Under the pieces are notes generated by a model, which was given only the letters and a program-made list of their open reading frames with translations, searched no databases and was not told the origin of the DNA. Below, piece after piece: positions 43,301-53,302 of a stretch of 64,000 bases of DNA. The DNA is from Alphaproteobacteria bacterium (GTDB lineage Bacteria > Pseudomonadota > Alphaproteobacteria > JAUHZC01), in assembly GCA_023898725.1 (NCBI GenBank), contig CP060236.1, positions 196,920 to 260,919 on the forward strand, in the 5' to 3' direction. Numbering within the stretch: position 1 is the first letter of the stretch; each line of letters opens with the position of its first letter. Both the position numbers and the translations under genes were made by a program.

Positions 43301-46048
43301 GTGCTGAGCCATAATCGTGCCTATATAGAGGCACTATACCACCACTACATTACCAATCCAGAGAGCCTCGATCCGTCCTGGAGGGCTTGGTTTCAGGCAG
43401 AAAACCAAGAACCTTTATTTACGGGATCCGATGGACAAAAGACGAACGATGACGTTGATCGTACAATCAAAGCCCTTATGTTCATACGCTCTTATCGTGT
43501 GAGAGGTCACCTGCACGCAGCTCTTGATCCCTTAAATCTTGAGAAGCGACCCGCACAGACTGAGCTTGACCCCATCACTTACGGCTTTGAGGCAAAAGAT
43601 AGGGAAATACCCATTGTATTAAATGGTGTACTTGGTTTTGAAAAAGCATCCATTTGCACAATTGAAGAACGGCTCAAACGTGTCTATAGTCACCATATTG
43701 GTGTGGAGTTCATGCACATCCAAGATCCTGAACAAAAAAAATGGATACAACTTTATGTGGAGAATCATCCCATTGATGCACACATTACTTCAGAAGATCG
43801 CCTTGCAATTCTTACCTCTCTGGCACGCGCCGATATTTTTGAGAGCTTCCTAAAAGCCAAATTCCCAGGAGCCAAGCGATTCGGTCTTGAGGGGGGTGAG
43901 GCACTTATTCCAGGACTAAATGCGCTGCTTGAAGTTGCAGCCAATGAATCGGTTCGTGATATTTCTGTAGGGATGGCACACAGAGGACGCCTAAATGTTC
44001 TCGCCAATGTCCTAGACAAAAAATTAGCACACATTCTCTTTGATTTTCTGGACAGAGCACCCACACCAAACAGCACCCACCTTGGGGATGTGAAATACCA
44101 CAAAGGATTTTCGACAGATCGTACAATCAATACATCACAGATTCACCTTAATCTTGCCGACAACCCCTCCCATCTTGAGGCTGTGAATCCGATTGTTGCG
44201 GGGCGCGTCCGCGCCAAACAAGCCTACTTTCGCATCCAAAATCCGGGGGAAAACCCAAAAGATGCTATTATGGGCCTCCTCATTCACGGTGATGCTGCCT
44301 TTGCAGGGCAGGGTCTTGTCGCAGAAACACTCATGCTCTCAGAGTTACCAGGATATGAGTGTGGGGGGATCATTCACGTCATCATCAATAATCAAATCGG
44401 ATTTACAACCAAGCCCAAGCATGGGCGATCATCCCCTTACCCCTCTGATGTGATGAAAATGATTCAAGCGCCCGTTCTTCATGTTAATGGTGATGATCCC
44501 GAGGCTGTTGTTTTTTGTTGCCGCATGGCCATGGAATTTCGTCAAAGGTTTCACAAAGATATCCTGATCGACTTGCACTGCTATCGTCGTATGGGGCACA
44601 ATGAAATGGATGAACCTAGCTACACACAACCTCTTATGTATGCGTGTATTGGGAACCACAAAAATGTTTACACACAGTATAAAAACCAGGGAACCCAGCA
44701 CAATTTTTTTAGTCCTGATGAGATACAAAAAATCGAAGAGACGATCCATAATGATCTTGAATCGGCGTTTGTTGAGTCTCAAAAAATGGCAACACCACCA
44801 GAACCCGAATGGAAGTGTGGGGCATGGAAAAATCTGGCAAAAAAAGCAGTCACCAAAACAGCAATCACCCGGAAAATCTATGATAGCTTAGCACGCACCT
44901 TGACAACCATCCCTCATGGCTTTCACATACATCCCAAGCTAAAGCGTCAACTAGAGACAAAAAAAGCCGCGTTGGCAGCCGGGAGAAACCTCGATTGGGC
45001 TATTGGTGAGGCACTGGCTTTTGGATCCCTCGTACATGATGGTTTTCATGTGCGACTTTCTGGTCAGGATTCTGGACGAGGAACATTCGCTCATCGTCAT
45101 GGACGGTGGATTGACACAACCAATGAGTGTACGCACACACCTCTGGAACACATTGGACGGGGTGTTTTTGAACTTATAGACAGCCCCCTCTGCGAAGCTT
45201 CCGTGATGGGGTTTGAGTATGGGTTCAGCCTAACGGATCCTCGAAACTTTGTCATGTGGGAGGCACAATTCGGCGATTTCTCCAATGGTGCCCAAGTGAT
45301 CATTGATCAGTTTCTTGCCTGTGCTGAATCAAAGTGGCATCGTTTGAACGGCCTTGTTTTATTACTCCCTCATGGCTATGAAGGACAAGGATCTGAACAT
45401 TCTTCGGCACGCCTGGAGCGTTTTTTACAAATGTCTTCTCAAGAAAACTGGACGGTTGCAAACTGTACAACCCCCGCCAATTTCTTTCATCTTTTGCGCA
45501 AGAATGTGGCACATCCCACACGAAAACCGCTTATTATCATGACACCTAAATCTCTGTTGCGTCACAAATTAGCCGTATCAAGCCGTGAAGACTTTATCAG
45601 TAAAAGTGTGTTTCTTCCCTTGCTTCCCGATCCAGATAATCCCTCTTCTACCCTCATAAAAACGGTGGTTTTATGTTCAGGAAAAATCTTTTATGATCTT
45701 CTTGTACACCGCCGTGAGACCCAGCGTCAATCCGATGTGGCCCTGATCCGTGTGGAACAACTCTATCCTTTCCCCCACGATCAAATCATCGCTGAACTCA
45801 TCAAATATCCCCACGCAAAGGTTTTGTGGGCCCAAGAAGAACCTGAAAACATGGGGGCGTGGACATATATGGATCGTAAAATCGAAACCGTTCTCTTGCA
45901 CCTTAAACGCACACAGATATGGCCACAAAAAATCACGCGTCTTTCTAGTGCTTCACCAGCAACAGGATCTCCTAGTCAGCACGCACGTGAGCAAGAGGCT
46001 ATAATTGCAGAGATTTTTTCACAGGATAAAAAAGCAAACAGGAAGTAG
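43301..46048 (+). CDS. sucA: 2-oxoglutarate dehydrogenase E1 component. A GTG start is assumed; see the finding on the upstream in-frame ATG and TGA.
   Basis: The 915-aa product carries the N-terminal NRAYIEALY motif and a ThDP-binding domain (GDAAFAGQG). Confidence 0.9.
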   Translation: MLSHNRAYIEALYHHYITNPESLDPSWRAWFQAENQEPLFTGSDGQKTNDDVDRTIKALMFIRSYRVRGHLHAALDPLNLEKRPAQTELDPITYGFEAKDREIPIVLNGVLGFEKASICTIEERLKRVYSHHIGVEFMHIQDPEQKKWIQLYVENHPIDAHITSEDRLAILTSLARADIFESFLKAKFPGAKRFGLEGGEALIPGLNALLEVAANESVRDISVGMAHRGRLNVLANVLDKKLAHILFDFLDRAPTPNSTHLGDVKYHKGFSTDRTINTSQIHLNLADNPSHLEAVNPIVAGRVRAKQAYFRIQNPGENPKDAIMGLLIHGDAAFAGQGLVAETLMLSELPGYECGGIIHVIINNQIGFTTKPKHGRSSPYPSDVMKMIQAPVLHVNGDDPEAVVFCCRMAMEFRQRFHKDILIDLHCYRRMGHNEMDEPSYTQPLMYACIGNHKNVYTQYKNQGTQHNFFSPDEIQKIEETIHNDLESAFVESQKMATPPEPEWKCGAWKNLAKKAVTKTAITRKIYDSLARTLTTIPHGFHIHPKLKRQLETKKAALAAGRNLDWAIGEALAFGSLVHDGFHVRLSGQDSGRGTFAHRHGRWIDTTNECTHTPLEHIGRGVFELIDSPLCEASVMGFEYGFSLTDPRNFVMWEAQFGDFSNGAQVIIDQFLACAESKWHRLNGLVLLLPHGYEGQGSEHSSARLERFLQMSSQENWTVANCTTPANFFHLLRKNVAHPTRKPLIIMTPKSLLRHKLAVSSREDFISKSVFLPLLPDPDNPSSTLIKTVVLCSGKIFYDLLVHRRETQRQSDVALIRVEQLYPFPHDQIIAELIKYPHAKVLWAQEEPENMGAWTYMDRKIETVLLHLKRTQIWPQKITRLSSASPATGSPSQHAREQEAIIAEIFSQDKKANRK

Positions 46049-46168
46049 TGGCCCAATCGTTACACAGACACCAACATATCGAATCACACCAACACATCCC
46101 CTTGCTCTTCACTGTCTAAAGCATTAATGTGTTATTTATAGAGGCTTTTACAGAACTACACTCATCGC

Positions 46169-47425
46169 ATGATCGACATTCGTGTGCCCCAGCTGGGCGA
46201 ATCCATTAATGAGGCTACTATCGCCCGTTGGCTGAAAAGCCAGGGGAATTTTGTTAATCAAGATGAGCCCTTGGTTGAACTTGAAACAGATAAGGTTACG
46301 CTTGAGGTTACCGCTCCTACCTCCGGAACGCTTACGATCATTTTAGCACCGGCAACTACTGAAGTACGTGTTGGAGATGTCATCGCCAAGATTAATGAAT
46401 CTGTTTCAACAAACGCCAGTCCACCAGACGCTACGCAAAAGCCCCAGGACACAGAAAATCCCCACAAAACACCACCACCGCCTGTCTATCAAACGGCTTC
46501 ACAAGATGACAAGCCCCCTCAAAAAAAAAATGGTAACCCAAACCTCCCATACCATAACATTCACTTAACACCGGCCGCCCGCCGTCTAGTAGCCGAAGAA
46601 AAAATTGATACCACACAGTTCGAAACACGTATCTCTTCACGCCGTATCACCAAAGGAGATGTACTGTCTTACCTGGAACGAAACCACAATCCCAACACCG
46701 CGCAAGAGCCATCTTCACACACTCAGAACGTCAAACGCGTTCCCATGTCACGGATACGCTTGCGCATTGCTCAGCGATTAAAGGAAGCCCAACATACGGC
46801 CGCGACTCTCACAACATTTAACGAGGTCGACATGACTGCTATTCTGGCACTGCGCACAGACCAGCAATCATCTTTCACGCAGATGCACGGTGTCAAACTT
46901 GGGCTCATGTCCTTTTTTGTAAGAGCAAGTGTCGCCGCTTTACGTAAATATCCCCTTGTAAATGCCTCCATTGATGGGACAGATATTCTGTACCATACAA
47001 AAATAAATATTGGGGTTGCCGTCGCTACCAAAGATGCTCTTATTGTTCCTGTTATTCACAGCGCCGATACAAAAACATTTGGTGACATTGAGCGTGCACT
47101 TATTGACGCGCGCGCACAAGCAACGAAGGGACAGCTCTCACCATCTGACCTTGCGGATGGAACATTTACTATTACCAATGGGGGCGTGTTCGGGTCACTC
47201 CTCTCAACGCCCTTGCTTAACCCCCCCCAGTCCGCAATTCTGGGCATGCATACCATACAGAAGCGCCCCGTTGTGAATGCAGATGGTGCGATTGTTGTGC
47301 GCGATATGATGTATGTAGCACTAAGCTATGATCATCGCCTTATCGATGGAAAAGAAGCCATCAGTTTTCTTCTGACAATCAAAGAAAATCTCGAAGACCC
47401 TTCCCGTCTTTTTCTCGCTTTCTAA
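46169..47425 (+). CDS. sucB: Dihydrolipoamide succinyltransferase (E2).
   Basis: It has an N-terminal lipoyl domain (ETDKVTLEV), a P/A-rich linker, a peripheral subunit-binding domain and a catalytic domain (DHRLIDG). Confidence 0.9.
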   Translation: MIDIRVPQLGESINEATIARWLKSQGNFVNQDEPLVELETDKVTLEVTAPTSGTLTIILAPATTEVRVGDVIAKINESVSTNASPPDATQKPQDTENPHKTPPPPVYQTASQDDKPPQKKNGNPNLPYHNIHLTPAARRLVAEEKIDTTQFETRISSRRITKGDVLSYLERNHNPNTAQEPSSHTQNVKRVPMSRIRLRIAQRLKEAQHTAATLTTFNEVDMTAILALRTDQQSSFTQMHGVKLGLMSFFVRASVAALRKYPLVNASIDGTDILYHTKINIGVAVATKDALIVPVIHSADTKTFGDIERALIDARAQATKGQLSPSDLADGTFTITNGGVFGSLLSTPLLNPPQSAILGMHTIQKRPVVNADGAIVVRDMMYVALSYDHRLIDGKEAISFLLTIKENLEDPSRLFLAF

Positions 47426-47459
47426 AGGACGCCAACACAAAAACTACAAAGGATTATCT

Positions 47460-48851
47460 ATGTCTTATGATTACGATATCGCCATTATCGGAGGAGGTCC
47501 TGGTGGATATTGCGCAGCCATACGGGCAGCGCAGTTGGGGTTTCGGGTTGTATTGATTGATAAACAGCAAGCTCTGGGTGGGACATGCTTGCATACGGGG
47601 TGTATCCCCTCAAAAATTCTTCTCCATGGATCAGCAGAGTTTCATGGCCTGAAACACATCCATGCCTTTGGTATCCATGTGAAAAATCCCACGATTAATA
47701 TCTCTGAGCTGATGGCATACAAGCGTGCCACTATTGATGGCTTAGCCAAGGGAATCGATAGCCTATTTGCCCTTCATTCAATCACACATATAACAGGAGA
47801 GGCCTCCTTTCTGGATGAGCACACGCTCAGCATTGGGAAATCATCGCTCACCGCCACAACGATTATTATCGCCACAGGATCTTCTGTGACCCCTCTCGAT
47901 GGCATCACCCCAGACGGCAAAACCATTCTCGATTCAACTGATGCCCTTTCACTCACAAAAATCCCGCACACACTCGCGATTATTGGTGGGGGATATATTG
48001 GACTAGAGTTAGGATCTGTGTGGGCGCGTCTTGGCTCCACGGTCACGATTGTCGAGTATTCTGATGCTATTGGCACAACTCTTGATGCGGATGTCGCCCA
48101 GGTTCTGCGGCATAATCTTGAGGATATTGGCATCACCTTCCTCACACATACAGAGGTCACCCACGCAGAAAAATTCCCAAAAAGCATTAAGCTCACGCTG
48201 AAAAATCGCTCAGATCAATCCATCACTACAGCCACATTCACACAGGTCCTTCTCAGCATCGGGCGAACGCCCTACACGGCTAATTTAAATTTACAGGCGG
48301 TAGGTATTGCCTGCGACGACAGAGGGTTTATTCCTGTTGATCAAGAAAACCGCACATCAATACCCCATATTTACGCCATTGGTGATGTTGTAAAAGGCTT
48401 GATGCTTGCTCACCGTGCCTCCGATGAGGGGGTCACTTTGGTTGAGCGCCTGAAAGGGCATAAGGTATGGACCAATCCTCAAGTCATTCCCTCTGTTATG
48501 TACACCAATCCCGAAGTGGCCCAGGTCGGTAAAACGGAAACACAGTGCTTGCGGGAAAGTATTTCCTACACAATAGGGAAATTTCCTCTCACTGCTAATA
48601 GCCGGGCACGCGCCGTCAACATGACGGGGGGATTTGTAAAAATTCTTACCAACCCCTGCACAGATAGGGTAATCGGGGGGACAATTATAGGGGCACACGC
48701 AGGAGAACTCATTGGAGAAATTGCCCTCGGTATGGAAATGGGGGCTTCCAGCGAGGACATCGCCCGAACCTGTCATGCGCATCCGACTCTGTCTGAAGCA
48801 GTACGTGAGGCTTCGTTGCAGGCATTTGATAAAGCCATCCATATCCCCTAG
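47460..48851 (+). CDS. lpdA: Dihydrolipoyl dehydrogenase (E3).
   Basis: The FAD-binding motif GGGPGGY and the redox-active disulfide GTCLHTGCIPSK are present. The dimerisation domain carries HAHPTLSE. Confidence 0.9.
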   Translation: MSYDYDIAIIGGGPGGYCAAIRAAQLGFRVVLIDKQQALGGTCLHTGCIPSKILLHGSAEFHGLKHIHAFGIHVKNPTINISELMAYKRATIDGLAKGIDSLFALHSITHITGEASFLDEHTLSIGKSSLTATTIIIATGSSVTPLDGITPDGKTILDSTDALSLTKIPHTLAIIGGGYIGLELGSVWARLGSTVTIVEYSDAIGTTLDADVAQVLRHNLEDIGITFLTHTEVTHAEKFPKSIKLTLKNRSDQSITTATFTQVLLSIGRTPYTANLNLQAVGIACDDRGFIPVDQENRTSIPHIYAIGDVVKGLMLAHRASDEGVTLVERLKGHKVWTNPQVIPSVMYTNPEVAQVGKTETQCLRESISYTIGKFPLTANSRARAVNMTGGFVKILTNPCTDRVIGGTIIGAHAGELIGEIALGMEMGASSEDIARTCHAHPTLSEAVREASLQAFDKAIHIP

Positions 48852-48921
48852 GGGACGCTTTATACCGCAGGATACGCTTTCACTTTTCCTTTAGAGAAGT
48901 TCATGCTAAGTTTCCCTCACT

Positions 48922-49248
48922 TTGTATATCGTTTTTTTTCACATGAGTATTCTTGGAACACCTTTATTAAAACTACTTCTCACAGTGCTAAGTCTTTATA
49001 AATGGGCGATTATTGCTGGGGCAATCCTCAGCATCTTACAAGCCTTCACCATTGTTAATGGCTACAATCGCTTTGTGCTTATGATGAATGATTTTATTTT
49101 CCGCATTACGGAGCCCCTCCTTGCCCCGATTCGGCGCTTTTTGCCACATACGGGCTCTATTGATCTCTCGCCGCTTGTGTTAATTCTTCTCATCACATTT
49201 TTGGAGAACGTTTTCATTAATGTTGCTGTGAGAATGATTGGGTCCTAA
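48922..49248 (+). CDS. yggT: YggT-family small membrane protein.
   Basis: The 108-aa product has two TM helices. Its position immediately upstream of folD is consistent, and a YggT-like GYNRFV..PIRRFLP pattern is present. Confidence 0.5.
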   Translation: MYIVFFHMSILGTPLLKLLLTVLSLYKWAIIAGAILSILQAFTIVNGYNRFVLMMNDFIFRITEPLLAPIRRFLPHTGSIDLSPLVLILLITFLENVFINVAVRMIGS

Positions 49249-50096
49249 TGATGCATACTCTGCTTGATGGTATCACCACTGCTAAGCAGCGACGCCAAGA
49301 TCTTACGCAAAACATTCGGGCTCTTCGCACAAAAAATATTTTTCCACACCTTGCTGTGGTGCGCGTAGGCGATGACCCCGCAAGTCAGGCCTATGTCACA
49401 ATCAAACAAAAAATATGCGCAACAGTGGGAATCGACACAACACTACACGAACTTCCTAAAGAGGCTTCAGAAGATGAAATCCATACCCTCATTGAAGCCC
49501 TTAACAACAATCCTGAAGTCGATGGAATTTTATTACAGCTTCCCTTACCTGGCCATCTAAATGCCCGTCAATGTCTTAATTGTATTGCCCCAGAAAAGGA
49601 TGTCGATGGCCTTACCGATATTCACGCACAAAATCTTGCCAAGGGAACACCTGGTGTTATTCCCTGTACACCCCTTGGGTGTATGAATCTTTTGCGCGCA
49701 TATAATCTCTCTGTAAGGGGTCAAACGGTTGCGATTATTGGCAGATCTCCCCTCGTAGGCACACCACTACGCTATTTGATGGAGCAGGCTGGCGCAACGG
49801 TCAATGTCATCCACACGCGCACGTGCAACCCTCATCTCATCGCACGTCATGCAGATATCCTTATTAGTGCGGCAGGCGTTCCACATTTGGTCACAGACTT
49901 TTGGGTCAAAAACGGCGCTATTGTTCTTGATGTCGGGATCACACGCCACAATAATAGACTCGTTGGCGATGTAGACTTTGAAAAAGTTGCACCAAAAACA
50001 TCATACATAACACCCGTTCCCGGGGGTATTGGTCCAATGACAGTACAAAGCCTCTTGGAAAACACATTAAAATTAAGTAAAATGAGAAATAATTAA
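49248..50096 (+). CDS. folD: Bifunctional methylenetetrahydrofolate dehydrogenase/cyclohydrolase.
   Basis: The substrate motif KDVDG is present. The NAD(P)-binding motif GRSPLVGTPL and the C-terminal PGGIGPMTV are also present. Confidence 0.9.
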   Translation: MMHTLLDGITTAKQRRQDLTQNIRALRTKNIFPHLAVVRVGDDPASQAYVTIKQKICATVGIDTTLHELPKEASEDEIHTLIEALNNNPEVDGILLQLPLPGHLNARQCLNCIAPEKDVDGLTDIHAQNLAKGTPGVIPCTPLGCMNLLRAYNLSVRGQTVAIIGRSPLVGTPLRYLMEQAGATVNVIHTRTCNPHLIARHADILISAAGVPHLVTDFWVKNGAIVLDVGITRHNNRLVGDVDFEKVAPKTSYITPVPGGIGPMTVQSLLENTLKLSKMRNN

Positions 50097-50108
50097 TAAT
50101 AAAAATAT

Positions 50109-50903
50109 ATGCGATTTGCTTATTATAAAGAAATTTTTACCGCTTTTTTAATAGTTACAACATGGGTAAAGAAATGTAATGCTTCCTCCGCATATGAAGA
50201 AGAAAGTAGCTGCTATCTAACACCCCGATCACTAAATTTAATCCCTGCAGAAAAAACACCAGCAGCCCTCCCCGTAGACCTCAAAGCAAAAACCAGAAAC
50301 CACCACACAGAAACGCTTGCAACACCCCCAACATTGGCCCGAAGAGACCGATTAGTTCTTGAAGACCTCTCCTTGGCCCATGCCGTCGAAGAAGACCCAA
50401 AACCCTATGCTGCCCGAACTATTGAGTATTATGAGGCTTATCTCAATAAGAAAATAACGCACAAGACGCTTCCTGATATTTTAAAGAATATATGCGATGT
50501 ATCTGATCAGGGACATAGCAAAAGTGAGGCTGATCTTTTCATGTTAGGGGCTATCGTATATGGCTGTGATGCATTTTCTTCCGGTCAGCGCTCACATCTT
50601 TCTGATCAGATCGAAGCCTTGCGGCAACACTATTGGATAATTTTACCGTCCAGAGGAAAAAAAGAGGAATACCTCTCCCCTGACGAAGCAATCAACCTAG
50701 GACCAATCCAAAAAACCATCTGCTCGATCAAAAGAAATCTCTGGGTGGGACATTGTGGTATGCTTTTTTCACGATCCAAGGCAGCAGACGCAGAGCCCAT
50801 ACCGATGTGGACAATGATGGGGTTGGTCTTTTTTATTCCCCGCTCACACGATCCTGAAAATTCCCTCAGAAGCGTAGCTATTAATGGCTTTATAAGGCCC
50901 TAG
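50109..50903 (+). CDS. Hypothetical protein (possibly secreted).
   Basis: It has a hydrophobic N-terminus and no recognisable domain. An AT-rich leader precedes it. Confidence 0.35.
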   Translation: MRFAYYKEIFTAFLIVTTWVKKCNASSAYEEESSCYLTPRSLNLIPAEKTPAALPVDLKAKTRNHHTETLATPPTLARRDRLVLEDLSLAHAVEEDPKPYAARTIEYYEAYLNKKITHKTLPDILKNICDVSDQGHSKSEADLFMLGAIVYGCDAFSSGQRSHLSDQIEALRQHYWIILPSRGKKEEYLSPDEAINLGPIQKTICSIKRNLWVGHCGMLFSRSKAADAEPIPMWTMMGLVFFIPRSHDPENSLRSVAINGFIRP

Positions 50904-50923
50904 AAGTACCTCCTAACACGATT

Positions 50924-51580
50924 TTACACACCATTTACGGGCAAACATGACTGGAAGTTTTTCCCTGCAATAACAAGGTGGTCAGCGAGAACAAGATTCA
51001 CAGCTGTGCACGCCTGTTGTAATTTATGCGTAAATACATAATCGGCGTGAGAGGGTGTGGGGTCTCCACTTGGATGGTTATGAGCCACCAGCAATGCGTG
51101 CGCTTTATAAAGAAGTCCCACACGCACAATTGTGGGAATTTCCCCACTCACACGATCACTCCAAACACTGTCAATCACATGCTCATAAATAATTCTTCCT
51201 TGAGAGCCCATATAGAGAACTCTCAATTGCTCGTAAGACAGCTTAGACATTAACGGCAGCACATAATTGACCATATCGTGCACAGAGGTAATCATCTGTG
51301 TATGTGCAGAACCCTCCCACATTCCATCCAAAAGACACATCTGCACAAGCACCTGAAAGCGCTCAGAAACAACATCTGGAGTACTTTGTGCTGCCAAAAG
51401 AACATTGCGCAAGCCTTGGTGGCGCTCAATCAGTTTCTTGGCAAGAGCTTTTGTATCCTGGCGAGGAAGTACATAGGTGAGCAACAGCTCTAATCGTTCA
51501 TAATCATGGAGAGATCCACACCCATGCGCCAGAAAACGCATGCGCAAACGAGCGCGATGACCAATCACCTGAACTGTCAT
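50924..51580 (-). CDS. radC: RadC-like JAB/MPN domain protein.
   Basis: The JAMM motif HNHPSGDPTPSHAD is present in the C-terminal half. Confidence 0.8.
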   Translation of the reverse strand: MTVQVIGHRARLRMRFLAHGCGSLHDYERLELLLTYVLPRQDTKALAKKLIERHQGLRNVLLAAQSTPDVVSERFQVLVQMCLLDGMWEGSAHTQMITSVHDMVNYVLPLMSKLSYEQLRVLYMGSQGRIIYEHVIDSVWSDRVSGEIPTIVRVGLLYKAHALLVAHNHPSGDPTPSHADYVFTHKLQQACTAVNLVLADHLVIAGKNFQSCLPVNGV

Positions 51581-51802
51581 TATTAATTATTATCTATTTT
51601 CAGCCATTCGATAGAGCAAGATCGCATGTATTACAAGACACATTTGCCATCGTGGCATTTAATAGAGGTATTGCCAAGACCCATAGGATTTATTCCTTAT
51701 CGCCCTCTGGGTGAGTGTTTCTTTAGGTAAAATTTGACTGGCCTCACAAAAAAAACCTTTCGCAAATAACCGTATTCGGTTAAATATGATCTAGTTTTAC
51801 AA

Positions 51803-52381
51803 GTGATCTCGATGAAAGTTAATGGTAACAGCCTTCGCCCTGGCTATGTAATTGAGCACAAAAGCCGCCTCTGGGTTGTTGTGAAAACAGCACATACACA
51901 ACCAGGTAAGGGAGGGGCCTACCTTCAAGCAGAGCTCAAAGATATCCGTGATGGTACGAAACTGAACGAACGCTTCCGTGCCAGCGAGGATGTTGAGCGT
52001 GTCCGTCTTGAGACGCGTGATTGTCAGTTTCTTTTCACCAGCGATGACGTCCATACCTTTATGGATCAAGACACATTTGATCAATTTGAAATTAAAGACT
52101 CCGTATTAGGAGAGGATAGTATTTTTTTATGCGATCACATGGTTGTGCAAATCAACTTCTACGAGGAGGAAGTGATTTCAGTGACTCTTCCTGATAGTAT
52201 TGTACTCATGGTTACAGAAGCTGATCCTGTGGTTAAAGGACAAACAGCAACATCCTCCTTCAAGCCAGCTGTTCTTGAAAATGGTGTGCGTATTATGGTT
52301 CCACCACATATTGAATCTGGTACACGTGTCGTCGTAAACCCTCATGAGCGTACCTATGTTGAACGCGCTAAAAATTCATAG
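51803..52381 (+). CDS. efp: Elongation factor P.
   Basis: The KPGKGGA loop (conserved Lys modification site) is present. The product is 192 aa, within the typical EF-P size range. Confidence 0.9.
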   Translation: MISMKVNGNSLRPGYVIEHKSRLWVVVKTAHTQPGKGGAYLQAELKDIRDGTKLNERFRASEDVERVRLETRDCQFLFTSDDVHTFMDQDTFDQFEIKDSVLGEDSIFLCDHMVVQINFYEEEVISVTLPDSIVLMVTEADPVVKGQTATSSFKPAVLENGVRIMVPPHIESGTRVVVNPHERTYVERAKNS

Positions 52382-52395
52382 GGTATTAACACACA

Positions 52396-53175
52396 ATGGT
52401 ATCTGATCGCCGCCTTCTTATTCGCACGCCTCTCATTAACGTTATTACACGCAGTATTTATAATGCCGTTCGCCACATTGCCCGAGATTTCAATGAAGTT
52501 GACCTCTTGCTTAATACAACGAACGGACCGGGGGAGTTTGCAAGTCGCTGTTACGATAGGGTGCAAGACCTTCTGGTAACCGAACTCCAGTCATCACGTC
52601 CACGATTTGGTCTAAAAATCATTAACGAGGCAGACACAATTGGCACAGACGATGAACAATTTTGGGTTATTGCGCCCATATCAGGCATGAAAAACTTTAT
52701 GAACGCGCACCCACACTTTGCCCTTTCTGTAGCAGTAGAGCTAAAAGGACAGATTTTAGCAAGCGCTGTTTATGATCCTATCAATGATGAAATGTTTTAT
52801 GCGGAGCGCCGCCAGGGTGTATACGTTAATGAACGTCGCATTCAACCGCGACGCAACGTAACCACCGCTGAAACTCTCGCGCTTTTTGCGGGCAATCCTC
52901 AGCACGCGCACAGTGTTTTTGGAAAACTTTCTGAGACTTCAGATCTGCGTGTTTCAGGAGCACCTGCTCTTGATTTATGTTATGCAGCAGCTGGTCGTGC
53001 TGGGGTTGTCTGGGTGGAAAACGAACATCCCTATGAAACAGCAGCGGGACATTTCATTCTTCAAGAAGCAGCTGCACATTTTCAAGGATGTGACAGTGAA
53101 GAAAGCTATCTTAGCACACATTACCTTGCGGGTGACCCGACACACGTTGCAAAAGTATGGAAAAAACTTTCTTAA
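52396..53175 (+). CDS. Inositol monophosphatase (SuhB)-family protein with degenerate metal-binding motifs.
   Basis: The product aligns with SuhB. The DPLDGTTNF motif reads APISGMKNF, and the WDxAAG motif reads YETAAG. Confidence 0.7.
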   Translation: MVSDRRLLIRTPLINVITRSIYNAVRHIARDFNEVDLLLNTTNGPGEFASRCYDRVQDLLVTELQSSRPRFGLKIINEADTIGTDDEQFWVIAPISGMKNFMNAHPHFALSVAVELKGQILASAVYDPINDEMFYAERRQGVYVNERRIQPRRNVTTAETLALFAGNPQHAHSVFGKLSETSDLRVSGAPALDLCYAAAGRAGVVWVENEHPYETAAGHFILQEAAAHFQGCDSEESYLSTHYLAGDPTHVAKVWKKLS

Positions 53176-53302
53176 AAAAGGCCCTGGTTATTACAAGAAA
53201 AGTGCCTGATTATTTCGGCCTCACCATCAACACCATGTGATTGTGTGTTGATATAGGGATTTTATTGCGCTAACAATGATCATCACGCGATTTGATTGTC
53301 AG

